Source: an uncultured Planktomarina sp.
GTDB taxonomy: Bacteria; Pseudomonadota; Alphaproteobacteria; Rhodobacterales; Rhodobacteraceae
Assembly (NCBI GenBank): GCA_951541495.1
Contig: CATOCL010000003.1
Location: forward strand, 48,485 to 112,484
DNA length: 64,000 nucleotides
Direction of reading: 5' to 3'
The notes beneath the pieces were generated by a model, which was not told the origin of the DNA, did no database searches, and saw only the letters and a list, made by a program, of their open reading frames with translations. A program made the position numbers and the translations under genes. Every line of letters begins with the position of its first letter. Within the stretch, counting starts at the first letter, position 1. Shown here piece by piece: positions 10,472-19,163 of this stretch.

Positions 10472-11081
10472 GATAGACGTTCCTAATAACCAGTATCGCC
10501 CCGTCGGCGCTTGTCTTACTTTGTACCACATCACAGTCAAATGACCACGTATCTCGTGCTAATTTAAGTTCTTGAGAAAAATTTTTACCCTTCATAATTA
10601 AGCAGACTGTATTCTTTTCAGTGAGGTGTTCAACAAGCTTCAATAACTTAGGAAGCGCGGCGACAGCCCGGACCGAAACTATAGAAACTGCCTGAACAGA
10701 GACTACCTCCACTCTTTTATTTTGAACTTCGCAGTTTAAATCTAGTTCTAACACTACCTGCCTTAGAAACACCGCCTTTCGCGCATCACTTTCGACCAAA
10801 ATCACTTTAGTTAATGGAGATGTGGCCTTAAGAAGGATGGCAGCAACTACTCCAGGAAAACCACCACCACTACCCACATCAACCCACAAGGAGCCAATAT
10901 CTGTCAAAAACACTATTTGAGCAGAATCTTCAATGTGGCGACTCCAAATATCTGCCACATCACCCTTAGCAACTAAGTTGATTACAGGATTCCACTTAAT
11001 CACAAGAGCTACGTAGTCCTCTAGCTGCTTTATTGTTTCACGTGAAACATCCGGAAAGCACTTCAGAGACCTTTTTTTCAT
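10452..11081 (-). CDS. rsmG: 16S rRNA (guanine527-N7)-methyltransferase RsmG (GidB)
   Basis: DVSRETIKQLEDYV...WNPVINLV...VDVGSGGGFPGV SAM motif; lies between mnmG and parA. Confidence 0.9.
   Translation of the reverse strand: MKKRSLKCFPDVSRETIKQLEDYVALVIKWNPVINLVAKGDVADIWSRHIEDSAQIVFLTDIGSLWVDVGSGGGFPGVVAAILLKATSPLTKVILVESDARKAVFLRQVVLELDLNCEVQNKRVEVVSVQAVSIVSVRAVAALPKLLKLVEHLTEKNTVCLIMKGKNFSQELKLARDTWSFDCDVVQSKTSADGAILVIRNVYRAKKQT
11034..11049. promoter_or_regulatory. parS: parS centromere-like site, perfect 16-bp palindrome TGTTTCACGTGAAACA
   Basis: Read directly. Lies inside rsmG codons encoding ..VSRET.. Confidence 0.85.
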
Positions 11082-12946
11082 ATGGCTTTCTTTAACTCAA
11101 GGCTTTTCAGTCCCAGCAACACTGCTGTCAAAGCCGCCGGAGTTACACCCTCTATATTTTTGGCAGCGCCTAAGGAATGTGGTCTAGCGGCTGACAGCTT
11201 ACTAATCATTTCTGACGACAGCCCTGATACAATACTGTAGTTAAAATTTTTGGGTATCTCGACACCAAGGTCCTTAGCTAAGGCCTCTACATCTCGTCTC
11301 TGTCGCTCTATATAAGTAATATATACTGCCTCACAGGCCGCTTGTTTTTTTGTTGCCTTAGATGACTTTGAAAACGAGGGCTCCAAATCAGCTACGTGTT
11401 CAACAGAAACTCCAGGAATTGCCAATAATTCATGGCCATTTCTACGACGCCCGTCCAGACCAAGATCTATTCCAGCAGATCTAGCTTCATTTGGAGACAC
11501 AGACATACTTGACAAAACAAGCTTACAAGCAACTAGCCTCTCCATTTTTTTCGAATAAGCTCTATAGCGGACAGCAGATACACACCCAGACAACCACCCT
11601 TGCTCTGTAAGACGTTGATCTGCGTTGTCGGCACGTAACTTCAGTCGAAACTCTGCCCTAGAAGTAAACATTCGATAGGGCTCTGAAGCTCCACGCGATG
11701 TAAGATCATCAATCATAACCCCAATATAACTGGAAGAACGATCAAATTTTATATTTGGTACGCCTTTTATTTTTTTCGCAACACCTATGGCCGCCACCAA
11801 ACCCTGGGCAGCGGCTTCCTCATAACCTGTGGTACCGTTAATCTGCCCTGCTAAGAATAACCCATCAAGCAGATTTGTTTCCAAATCTCTCGTTAATCCC
11901 ATTGGATTCATAAAGTCATATTCGATAGCATATCCTGGTTGCAAGATCTCAACATTCTGTAGGCCGACGATAGACCTAACATATTGATATTGCAGCGTTT
12001 CAGGCAGTGATGTCGAAATACCGTTGGGGTAGATGCTATTAGTTGTTAGCCCTTCCGGCTCTAGGAATATCTGATGGCTTTGCTTATCCGGAAACCGAAT
12101 AATCTTATCCTCAATAGACGGACAGTATCTTGGACCAACCCCCGCTATATGCCCTCCGTACATTGCTGACTTCCCCAAATTTTCTTGAATAATCTCATGG
12201 GTGTTTTGGTTCGTATGTGTAATTCCGCAAGAAACTTGCTTCACGCTCGGAGATTGAGATAGAAATGATAGCATTACTGGATCGTCGTCAGCAGGCTGGC
12301 TCTCTAAAACTTCCCAATTGATCGTATTCCCATTCAGCCTGGGCGGCGTACCGGTCTTTAGTCTACCAAACGTAGCACCCAACTGTTCCATTTGGTTAGA
12401 TAGGTGGTCAGCAGCAGCCTCTCCCATTCGTCCCGCTGAAACCCGCTTATCCCCTATATGTATTACTCCACGCATGAACGTACCAGCCGTTAAAATAACT
12501 GTATAAGAGTGAACGCTAGTGCCATCAGACAACATCACACCGTCAATACAACCATCTCTAGACAGAAGGCCGGTTACCTCCCCCTCAATTTCTGTAAAGT
12601 TTTCTTTTGCTAGAATTTTTTGAACCGCTTGCAAGTAGAGCTCCCGGTCTGACTGTGTACGCGGCCCCTGCACCGCCGGTCCTTTACTTCGGTTTAGAAG
12701 ACGAAACTGTATACCAGAAACATCAGCAGCCCTACCCATTATGCCATCAAGGGCATCAATTTCACGAACTAAGTGCCCCTTACCCAAACCGCCAATTGCA
12801 GGGTTGCATGACATAGATCCCGTCTTTGACTTGTCTAAAGTCACTAGTGCAGCTCTTAAGCCGTACCGACACGCCGCATGAATAGCCTCACAGCCAGCAT
12901 GGCCACCACCAACAACAACGACATCAAAATGTTTCACGTGAAACAC
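11078..12946 (-). CDS. mnmG: tRNA uridine 5-carboxymethylaminomethyl modification enzyme MnmG (GidA)
   Basis: FDVVVVGGGHAGCEA FAD motif, 622 aa, conserved throughout. Confidence 0.95.
   Translation of the reverse strand: MFHVKHFDVVVVGGGHAGCEAIHAACRYGLRAALVTLDKSKTGSMSCNPAIGGLGKGHLVREIDALDGIMGRAADVSGIQFRLLNRSKGPAVQGPRTQSDRELYLQAVQKILAKENFTEIEGEVTGLLSRDGCIDGVMLSDGTSVHSYTVILTAGTFMRGVIHIGDKRVSAGRMGEAAADHLSNQMEQLGATFGRLKTGTPPRLNGNTINWEVLESQPADDDPVMLSFLSQSPSVKQVSCGITHTNQNTHEIIQENLGKSAMYGGHIAGVGPRYCPSIEDKIIRFPDKQSHQIFLEPEGLTTNSIYPNGISTSLPETLQYQYVRSIVGLQNVEILQPGYAIEYDFMNPMGLTRDLETNLLDGLFLAGQINGTTGYEEAAAQGLVAAIGVAKKIKGVPNIKFDRSSSYIGVMIDDLTSRGASEPYRMFTSRAEFRLKLRADNADQRLTEQGWLSGCVSAVRYRAYSKKMERLVACKLVLSSMSVSPNEARSAGIDLGLDGRRRNGHELLAIPGVSVEHVADLEPSFSKSSKATKKQAACEAVYITYIERQRRDVEALAKDLGVEIPKNFNYSIVSGLSSEMISKLSAARPHSLGAAKNIEGVTPAALTAVLLGLKSLELKKAI
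12930..12945. promoter_or_regulatory. parS: parS centromere-like site, perfect 16-bp palindrome TGTTTCACGTGAAACA
   Basis: Read directly. Overlaps the mnmG start codon and first codons (ATG TTT CAC GTG AAA CAC = MFHVKH). Confidence 0.85.
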
Positions 12947-12951
12947 ACCCC

Positions 12952-14241
12952 TTACTTACCCAAGCAAAAACTAGAAAATATTTCATCTAAAATGCTTTCT
13001 ATATCAATTTTTCCAAAAACAAAATCTAACTGTGTACACGCAAAATATAACTCCTGACTAGCTAACTCATAAGGCAAGGGATCCTGAGTTAAAAAAACTT
13101 TTGTTTTTGACAAACAATCATTAGCTGCTTTTAACCCGTCAACTTGCCGTTCACGGATAGCAGCGACGTCTAGCATGGTTTCTGGTGAAAGTTTTTTACT
13201 TACTAACTTCAATAAGTTAGATACTCCCTTACCAGTTTTTCCAGACACAGCTAAGCCTGAAACATCTCTAGTGTCTGCCTTACTTTGTACGACAATATCA
13301 CCAGGTTCTTTAGAAATAAGAAGCTCGTCTTCTTCACTATCCACCAAAAACACCCTAACATCGGCAGCTTCAGATCTTTTGTAAGACATTGATATACCTA
13401 GTTTTTCAATATAGTCGTCTGTTTCTCTTAAACCAGCAGTATCCATAAAAGTTACAGGTAGGCCATTCAGGTCTATGCGAACTTCTATCACATCCCGGGT
13501 AGTACCAGCTATGTCAGAAGTAATTGCCACGTCTCTACCTGCTATTGAATTCAACAAAGTAGACTTTCCTACGTTTGGCGCTCCAATAATAGCGACTGTA
13601 AAACCCTGGCGTATTTTCGACGCCATAACAGATCGTTCTAGCACCGCCATAATAGAGCTCGCTGTAGCCTCAACAATAGACCGAACCTCAATGTGAAGGT
13701 CTGCAGGTATTTCGTCATCAGAGAAGTCTATACTAGCCTCCAGAAGGGCGACGGCTCTTAAAAGCTTCTCTTTCCAAATTCTGCCAGCTTCGGAGAAATG
13801 GCCGTCCAACACCTGCATCGCTTGTTTTCGCTGTAGCTCAGTTTCTGCTTCTATCAAATCAGAAAGCGCTTCAACCTGGTTTAAATCCAAATTTCCATTT
13901 TCGAGAGCTCTCCTCGTGAACTCTCCTGGTAACGCTAATCTGCAACCATCACTTTTTGACAATTCTGCCAATAGTTTAGACACCGTTGCTAGGCCACCAT
14001 GAACATGAAACTCTACGACCCTCTCTCCAGTAAAACTCGCGCCGTGATCAAAACAAAGGACAAGAGCACGATCAATTAGGTCACCATTTGGGTCTTTGAT
14101 CGACCTCAAAGCCAACCTTCCACATGTTGGAATATTGCACAATTTCGACGCTATATCAAATGCTTGATGGCCAGACAGCCTAATAATGGAAACGCCAGCA
14201 CGTCCCGACGCCGTAGCCTGAGCAAATATCGCATCCATCAC
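12952..14241 (-). CDS. mnmE: tRNA modification GTPase MnmE (TrmE)
   Basis: IIGAPNVGKSTLLN G1 motif, DTAGLRE G3 motif, C-terminal FCLGK. Confidence 0.93.
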   Translation of the reverse strand: MMDAIFAQATASGRAGVSIIRLSGHQAFDIASKLCNIPTCGRLALRSIKDPNGDLIDRALVLCFDHGASFTGERVVEFHVHGGLATVSKLLAELSKSDGCRLALPGEFTRRALENGNLDLNQVEALSDLIEAETELQRKQAMQVLDGHFSEAGRIWKEKLLRAVALLEASIDFSDDEIPADLHIEVRSIVEATASSIMAVLERSVMASKIRQGFTVAIIGAPNVGKSTLLNSIAGRDVAITSDIAGTTRDVIEVRIDLNGLPVTFMDTAGLRETDDYIEKLGISMSYKRSEAADVRVFLVDSEEDELLISKEPGDIVVQSKADTRDVSGLAVSGKTGKGVSNLLKLVSKKLSPETMLDVAAIRERQVDGLKAANDCLSKTKVFLTQDPLPYELASQELYFACTQLDFVFGKIDIESILDEIFSSFCLGK

Positions 14242-14246
14242 ATACT

Positions 14247-15518
14247 TTAGGTATTCATAGAGTCAAAAAATTCTGAGTTAGACTTTGTTTGTTTAAGCTT
14301 AGAGATAAGAAACTCGATAGCATCGGTAGTACCCATTGGATTTAAAATTCTGCGTAAAACAAAAGTTTTTTGAAGGTCAACTTTATCCACAAGAAGCTCT
14401 TCTTTACGAGTTCCAGACTTCAGTATGTCCATTGCCGGGAAAACGCGTTTGTCAGCCACCTTTCGATCCAGAACTATCTCTGAATTTCCTGTGCCCTTAA
14501 ATTCCTCAAAAATAACTTCGTCCATACGACTACCAGTATCAACGAGCGCGGTCGCTACGATTGTTAACGAGCCACCTTCCTCTATATTTCTAGCCGCACC
14601 AAAAAAACGTTTGGGCCGCTGTAGCGCATTGGCATCTACACCACCCGTTAAAACTTTACCTGATGACGGCACAACAGTATTAAACGCTCGGCCTAACCTC
14701 GTAATTGAATCTAAGAGAATTACTACGTCACGTTTGTGCTCTACTAGCCGCTTTGCCTTTTCTATGACCATTTCAGATACTGCAACGTGACGAGTTGCTG
14801 GCTCATCAAAGGTAGAGCTAACCACCTCACCTTTTACGGATCTTTGCATATCTGTAACTTCTTCTGGCCGTTCGTCAATCAATAGAACTATTAAGTAACA
14901 ATCAGGGTGGTTTTTTTCAATTGAATGCGCAATGTTTTGTAAAAGAACAGTCTTACCGGTGCGCGGTGGCGCTACAATAAGTGACCGCTGGCCTTTTCCA
15001 ATCGGAGCAACCAGATCAATAATCCTTGCCGATCGGTCTTTAACTGTTGGATCGTCGACTTCCATATCAAAACGTTCATCAGGATATAATGGTGTTAAAT
15101 TATCAAAGGCTACCTTATGGCGAGCCCGCTCTGGATCCTCAAAATTAATTTTTTCTATCTTTATCATACAGAAATATCGTTCCGTATCGGTCGGCGCTTT
15201 GATTACACCCTCTATCGTGTCGCCTGTACGCATTGAAAACTGTCTAATCATCTCTGGGGATACGTATATATCGTCAGGACCTGGTAGGTAGTTAGCTTCT
15301 GGTGATCGTAAAAACCCAAATCCATCCTGTAAAACTTCTAATACACCTTCCCCTGAGATTTCAGCTCCATCTTCCGCTCTCTCTTTCAATATTGAGAACA
15401 TCATCTCGCCCTTACGCATAGTCGAGGCGTTTTCAATCTCTAGCTCTTTAGCCATAGATAAAAGATCTTTGGGAGTTTTTGCCTTTAAATCAGCTAAATT
15501 AACACGATCAACGGTCAT
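14247..15518 (-). CDS. rho: Transcription termination factor Rho
   Basis: GFGFLRS RNA-binding region, APPRTGKT Walker A, 423 aa. Confidence 0.95.
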   Translation of the reverse strand: MTVDRVNLADLKAKTPKDLLSMAKELEIENASTMRKGEMMFSILKERAEDGAEISGEGVLEVLQDGFGFLRSPEANYLPGPDDIYVSPEMIRQFSMRTGDTIEGVIKAPTDTERYFCMIKIEKINFEDPERARHKVAFDNLTPLYPDERFDMEVDDPTVKDRSARIIDLVAPIGKGQRSLIVAPPRTGKTVLLQNIAHSIEKNHPDCYLIVLLIDERPEEVTDMQRSVKGEVVSSTFDEPATRHVAVSEMVIEKAKRLVEHKRDVVILLDSITRLGRAFNTVVPSSGKVLTGGVDANALQRPKRFFGAARNIEEGGSLTIVATALVDTGSRMDEVIFEEFKGTGNSEIVLDRKVADKRVFPAMDILKSGTRKEELLVDKVDLQKTFVLRRILNPMGTTDAIEFLISKLKQTKSNSEFFDSMNT

Positions 15519-15638
15519 TATTTCATTTCCAGTCTAAAGTTTTAGAACAGTAATTATTTTTAGAAAATAGCTATCCCGAATGGGTGCAGTATCCCGTTAC
15601 TGAAATAACATAAGTGAGTCAAACTAATAGCTGAGAAA

Positions 15639-16091
15639 TTAAATCGGCTGAACAACAACCATAGTAACGATAATTATTAATAGTACAGTCGGTACTTCAT
15701 TCATTATCCTATAGGTTCGGCCGTTTAATTTGTTCTGGCCTGTTTTAAAAAAAACTTGTTGTCTGCTAAGCCAAAAGTGAAACAGTGTAAGTGATAAGAC
15801 ACTAAACAGTTTTATCCACGGCCAAAAGAGTTCCCAATCTACAACTCCAGGAATAATAGAGAGGCAAATTCCAAAAAACCAAGAGCTTATCATTGCTGGA
15901 ACCATTATTACTTTCAACAACCGGTGCTCCATTTTTATGAACAGTCGATCAGTATCAGAGTTTTTATTAACTTCTTCACTATGATAAACAAACAGTCGTG
16001 GTAAATAAAAAATTCCCGCCATCCAAGCAATCACTGAAATAATATGGCCAACTAGATACCATGAGTAAAGAGATATAAAAAAATCGTACAT
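15639..16091 (-). CDS. hemJ: HemJ-type protoporphyrinogen IX oxidase (UPF0093 membrane protein)
   Basis: 150 aa, about four TM segments, signature HIISVIAWMAGIFYLPRLFVYH. Confidence 0.75.
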   Translation of the reverse strand: MYDFFISLYSWYLVGHIISVIAWMAGIFYLPRLFVYHSEEVNKNSDTDRLFIKMEHRLLKVIMVPAMISSWFFGICLSIIPGVVDWELFWPWIKLFSVLSLTLFHFWLSRQQVFFKTGQNKLNGRTYRIMNEVPTVLLIIIVTMVVVQPI

Positions 16092-16168
16092 GTAGATTAT
16101 TTTGTAAACCTTAATAATAATAAATATAAGTATATAAGTTAGTAGTAGTTTGTAGGTACATGATTTTC

Positions 16169-16177
16169 TGTGGATTA
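16169..16177 (-). promoter_or_regulatory. DnaA box with one mismatch, TAATCCACA (top strand reads TGTGGATTA)
   Basis: Read directly, 27 bp from the perfect box in the same orientation. Confidence 0.55.
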
Positions 16178-16203
16178 AAGACTAATCCCCAAACATGTTC
16201 ACT

Positions 16204-16212
16204 TGTGGATAA
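16204..16212 (-). promoter_or_regulatory. DnaA box, perfect consensus TTATCCACA (top strand reads TGTGGATAA)
   Basis: Read directly in the AT-rich gap. Confidence 0.7.
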
Positions 16213-16451
16213 TAAATGGAAAAAAAAAATCAAAATTTTAACACATTAAAAACATAAGCTTAAAAAAAATTAAATGTATAAAGCTTGTATAAGAATTTAG
16301 TAATACGTTAAAAGCATTTAATTAACACGGAATAAATATACATATCTACAGTAAATAAAGCTGTGATAAATTGCATGAAATAAGATGGTTTTTGTATGGT
16401 AGCCATAAGCTGCCGGTAAACTCACAGTATTACAAAATACTACAACCCAAA

Positions 16452-16472
16452 TTATCCTCAGGATTATCCCAA
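16452..16472 (+). promoter_or_regulatory. Tandem DnaA-box-like repeats TTATCCTCA and TTATCCCAA (ATTATCC direct repeat) just before the maf-aroE ATG
   Basis: Read directly; 1 and 2 mismatches to TTATCCACA. Confidence 0.4.
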
Positions 16473-17888
16473 ATGGATTTCATTCTTGCCTCTCAATCGA
16501 AAACCCGTTGTTGCATTCTTCGAAACGCTGCGCTTCCCTTTTGTAATATATCACCAAACATTGATGAATTGAATATTATGAAGTCTTTGGTGAGTGAGGG
16601 TACTCCTCACAGAGATATTCCTAACGTTCTGGCAGAATTTAAAGCAAAAAAGATTTCGTCTAAAAATATTGATAGCTGGGTATTGGGCTGTGACCAAATA
16701 CTTTCGTTAGATGGTGAAGTTTTCAGTAAACCTGACTCTAAAGCGCAATTATCGGCAAACATTTCGCAAATGGCGGGTAAAACACATCAGTTAATTACAG
16801 CAAATGTAATTTATAAAGGCGCTAAACCGATGTGGCGTCATACAGCGGTGAGCAACTTAACCATGCACCCGATGTCACCACTAGAGGTGCAAAATTTTGT
16901 AACCAAATTTTGGTTAGAAGCTCAAAACAGTTCAGCAGGCTATTGCTTTGAAAAAACACCTCATTTGTTTTCCAAGGTTAAAGGCAACTGGTTTGATATT
17001 ATGGGTATATCAATTTCTCAGATTTTAAATTTTTTACATCAAAATAATTACGCAAATATCGCAACTACACCAAAAATCGTTGCGGTATTAGGCAGCCCAA
17101 TTTCTCACAGTAGATCGCCAATCATGCATCGCTATTGGTTGCAGAAGAATAACATTTGTGGTGATTACATCGCCATCGATACTCCCGAAAAAAATTTCTC
17201 AAATACTGTGAATGTTTTAGCAGAGGTAGGGGTATCTGGATTTAATGTTACTTTACCTCATAAAGAAGCCGCCTTAAACTTGTCACATAGTAAAACCAAG
17301 CGGGCGCTAGAAATTGGTGCTGCTAATACACTCATTGTTGATAGCAGTGGTAATATTCTGGCAGACAATACAGATGGTTATGGTTTTATTAGTAACTTAG
17401 AAGCAAATGGTGGCAGTTGGCTTCCGAATGCCGGTCCAGCGTTAGTGATAGGGGCGGGCGGCGCAGCGCGTGCAATATTGGTGTCATTGCTAGCAGCTGG
17501 GACGCCACAAATTTACCTGACCAACCGAACCAAAAGTAGGGCGCAAAACTTATCTGTCGAACTCTCAGATAAAATAGAAGTCATTGACTGGGACGAGAAA
17601 GAAGAATGGCTTTCGAGAATTTCAACCCTTGTTAATACAACCTCTTTAGGAATGACGGGTAAGCCAGCGCTGACTATAAGTTTAAAAACTTTAAATAAAA
17701 AGGCACTGGTCACGGATCTTGTTTATACACCAGTTAAGACACCATTATTAACACAAGCCGAAAAATTGGGATTTAATACGGTGTCGGGAGTTGGTATGCT
17801 TTTGTATCAAGGAGTACCGGGGTTTCATCAATGGTTTGGTTTACCCCCAAAGGTTGATTTAGAATTAGTTAAATTGGTTAGCGGATGA
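16473..17888 (+). CDS. Fusion protein: Maf-like nucleoside-triphosphate pyrophosphatase (N-terminal) plus shikimate 5-dehydrogenase AroE (C-terminal)
   Basis: One uninterrupted frame. The N-terminal part (MDFILASQSKTRCCIL...GCDQILSLDGEVFSKP...GKTHQLITANVIY) is Maf-like. From about KIVAVLGSPISHSRSPIMHRYW...FNVTLPHKEAA...NTDGYGF...VIGAGGAARA it is AroE. ATG 16473 chosen; the upstream ATG 16371 lies in the AT-rich gap and adds non-homologous residues. Confidence 0.8.
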   Translation: MDFILASQSKTRCCILRNAALPFCNISPNIDELNIMKSLVSEGTPHRDIPNVLAEFKAKKISSKNIDSWVLGCDQILSLDGEVFSKPDSKAQLSANISQMAGKTHQLITANVIYKGAKPMWRHTAVSNLTMHPMSPLEVQNFVTKFWLEAQNSSAGYCFEKTPHLFSKVKGNWFDIMGISISQILNFLHQNNYANIATTPKIVAVLGSPISHSRSPIMHRYWLQKNNICGDYIAIDTPEKNFSNTVNVLAEVGVSGFNVTLPHKEAALNLSHSKTKRALEIGAANTLIVDSSGNILADNTDGYGFISNLEANGGSWLPNAGPALVIGAGGAARAILVSLLAAGTPQIYLTNRTKSRAQNLSVELSDKIEVIDWDEKEEWLSRISTLVNTTSLGMTGKPALTISLKTLNKKALVTDLVYTPVKTPLLTQAEKLGFNTVSGVGMLLYQGVPGFHQWFGLPPKVDLELVKLVSG

Positions 17889-18478
17889 AGTTTTTACTAG
17901 GCTTAACGGGTTCCATTGGGATGGGTAAATCCACTACCGCAGCGTTATTTTCAGCAAGAGGCTGTGCAATTTGGGACGCAGATAAGATAGTACATGAAGC
18001 GTACAGTGCTGGTGGTTTAGCTGTCATTCAGATGAGCAAGATACTTCCAGAGGTTGTTAAAAGTGGAACCGTAGATAGAAAAAAACTAAAAGAAATTGTG
18101 CTAGAAAACCCTAAAAAATTAGCTCAAATAGAGAGTATAATACATCCATTGGTGAAACGGGACCGAGAAAATTTTATTGAAACAAATACCTCAAAAATTC
18201 TTGTTTTTGATATTCCACTTTTGTTTGAGCTAGGCACTCAAACAAAATTTGATGCCGTAGCCTGTGTTACAATATCCTCAAAAATTCAGGAAGAGCGCGT
18301 CCTTTCTCGCTCAGGCATGACAAAAAAACATTTAGATGTGATTATCTCCAAACAGCTTTCTTCAGCTGAAAAGGTAGCCCGCTCTGACTACGTAATTGAT
18401 ACTACGAGTATGAAGAGCGCAGAGTTGTGCGTGGAAAATATATTAAGAGATATCGAAGAAAGACAAAAAAATGCGTGA
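17885..18478 (+). CDS. coaE: Dephospho-CoA kinase
   Basis: GLTGSIGMGKST P-loop, 197 aa, ATGA overlap with the upstream gene. Confidence 0.9.
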   Translation: MKFLLGLTGSIGMGKSTTAALFSARGCAIWDADKIVHEAYSAGGLAVIQMSKILPEVVKSGTVDRKKLKEIVLENPKKLAQIESIIHPLVKRDRENFIETNTSKILVFDIPLLFELGTQTKFDAVACVTISSKIQEERVLSRSGMTKKHLDVIISKQLSSAEKVARSDYVIDTTSMKSAELCVENILRDIEERQKNA

Positions 18479-19163
18479 AATTGTTCTTGATACTGAAACA
18501 ACTGGCTTTGAGCCGAATGATGGGGATCGGATCGTTGAAATTGGTGCTGTAGAGCTCTTCAATCATATACCCACTGGTAAAACATTTCATCAATATATTA
18601 ATCCAGAACGGAACATGCCAGAGGGTGCGTTTTCCGTACATGGCCTGAGTGAAGAATTTTTATCAGACAAACCAGTATTTAAATTAATTGCTCAAGATTT
18701 TTTAGAGTTTATTGGTGATGCTAAACTTGTTATCCACAATGCCTCCTTTGATATGAAATTCATAAATGCGGAGCTTGGTTGGGTAAAACATGATTCATTA
18801 CCACTAAGTCGGGCGATAGATACCTTAGCTATAGCGCGCCGTAAATTTCCAGGGTCTCCAGCATCTCTTGACGCGTTATGTCGTCGTTTTAGCATAAATA
18901 ACTCCGCGAGGACACTTCATGGCGCGCTTCTTGATTCAGAAATTTTAGCAGAAGTGTATTTGGAATTACTTGGAGGCCGCCAGCCAGACTTGGTATTAAA
19001 AACAACGTCTGAAAAACAAGCGGACGGTTCAGATGGGGTGGCATGGCGGCCACCCGTACGTGCTAATAGTTTGCCAGATCGGTTAACAGAAAAAGAAAAG
19101 GAAGCTCATAAAGTTTTTGTAGAAGCTTTAGGCACAGGCTCTGTGTGGAACAGGTTAGCTTAG
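18471..19163 (+). CDS. dnaQ: DNA polymerase III epsilon subunit (3'-5' proofreading exonuclease)
   Basis: REIVLDTETTG (ExoI), HNASFDMKF (ExoII), HGALLDSEILAEVY (ExoIII). Confidence 0.92.
   Translation: MREIVLDTETTGFEPNDGDRIVEIGAVELFNHIPTGKTFHQYINPERNMPEGAFSVHGLSEEFLSDKPVFKLIAQDFLEFIGDAKLVIHNASFDMKFINAELGWVKHDSLPLSRAIDTLAIARRKFPGSPASLDALCRRFSINNSARTLHGALLDSEILAEVYLELLGGRQPDLVLKTTSEKQADGSDGVAWRPPVRANSLPDRLTEKEKEAHKVFVEALGTGSVWNRLA

Larger units (their letters stand above)
16092..16472. other. oriC: Putative chromosomal replication origin (oriC): AT-rich non-coding gap with DnaA boxes
   Basis: About 23% G+C by hand count over 16081-16380. Contains perfect and near-perfect DnaA boxes. Gene orientation switches here, and the flanking genes (parAB-rsmG-mnmGE-rho on one side, maf/aroE-coaE-dnaQ on the other) are those conserved at alphaproteobacterial origins. 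Confidence 0.7.

Noticed and set aside
10472-10540. Longer parA ORF starting at ATG 10540
   Set aside because: It would overlap rsmG by 89 nt and add a non-homologous Trp/Tyr-rich leader. GTG 10471 gives the usual short N-terminus before the KGGVGKTT motif.
14425-15291. Two plus-strand ORFs of about 120 aa inside rho
   Set aside because: These are shadow ORFs antisense to rho with no motifs.
16371-16472. Upstream ATG extension of the maf-aroE ORF
   Set aside because: The added 34 residues have no Maf similarity and would place coding sequence over the DnaA-box-like repeats. Maf homology begins at MDFILAS (ATG 16473).
16092-16472. CtrA boxes (TTAA-N7-TTAA) and CcrM GANTC sites in the putative origin
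   Set aside because: I checked each TTAA and each GA dinucleotide in the gap. Only N6/N10 spacings and no GANTC were found, so no CtrA/CcrM control is claimed.
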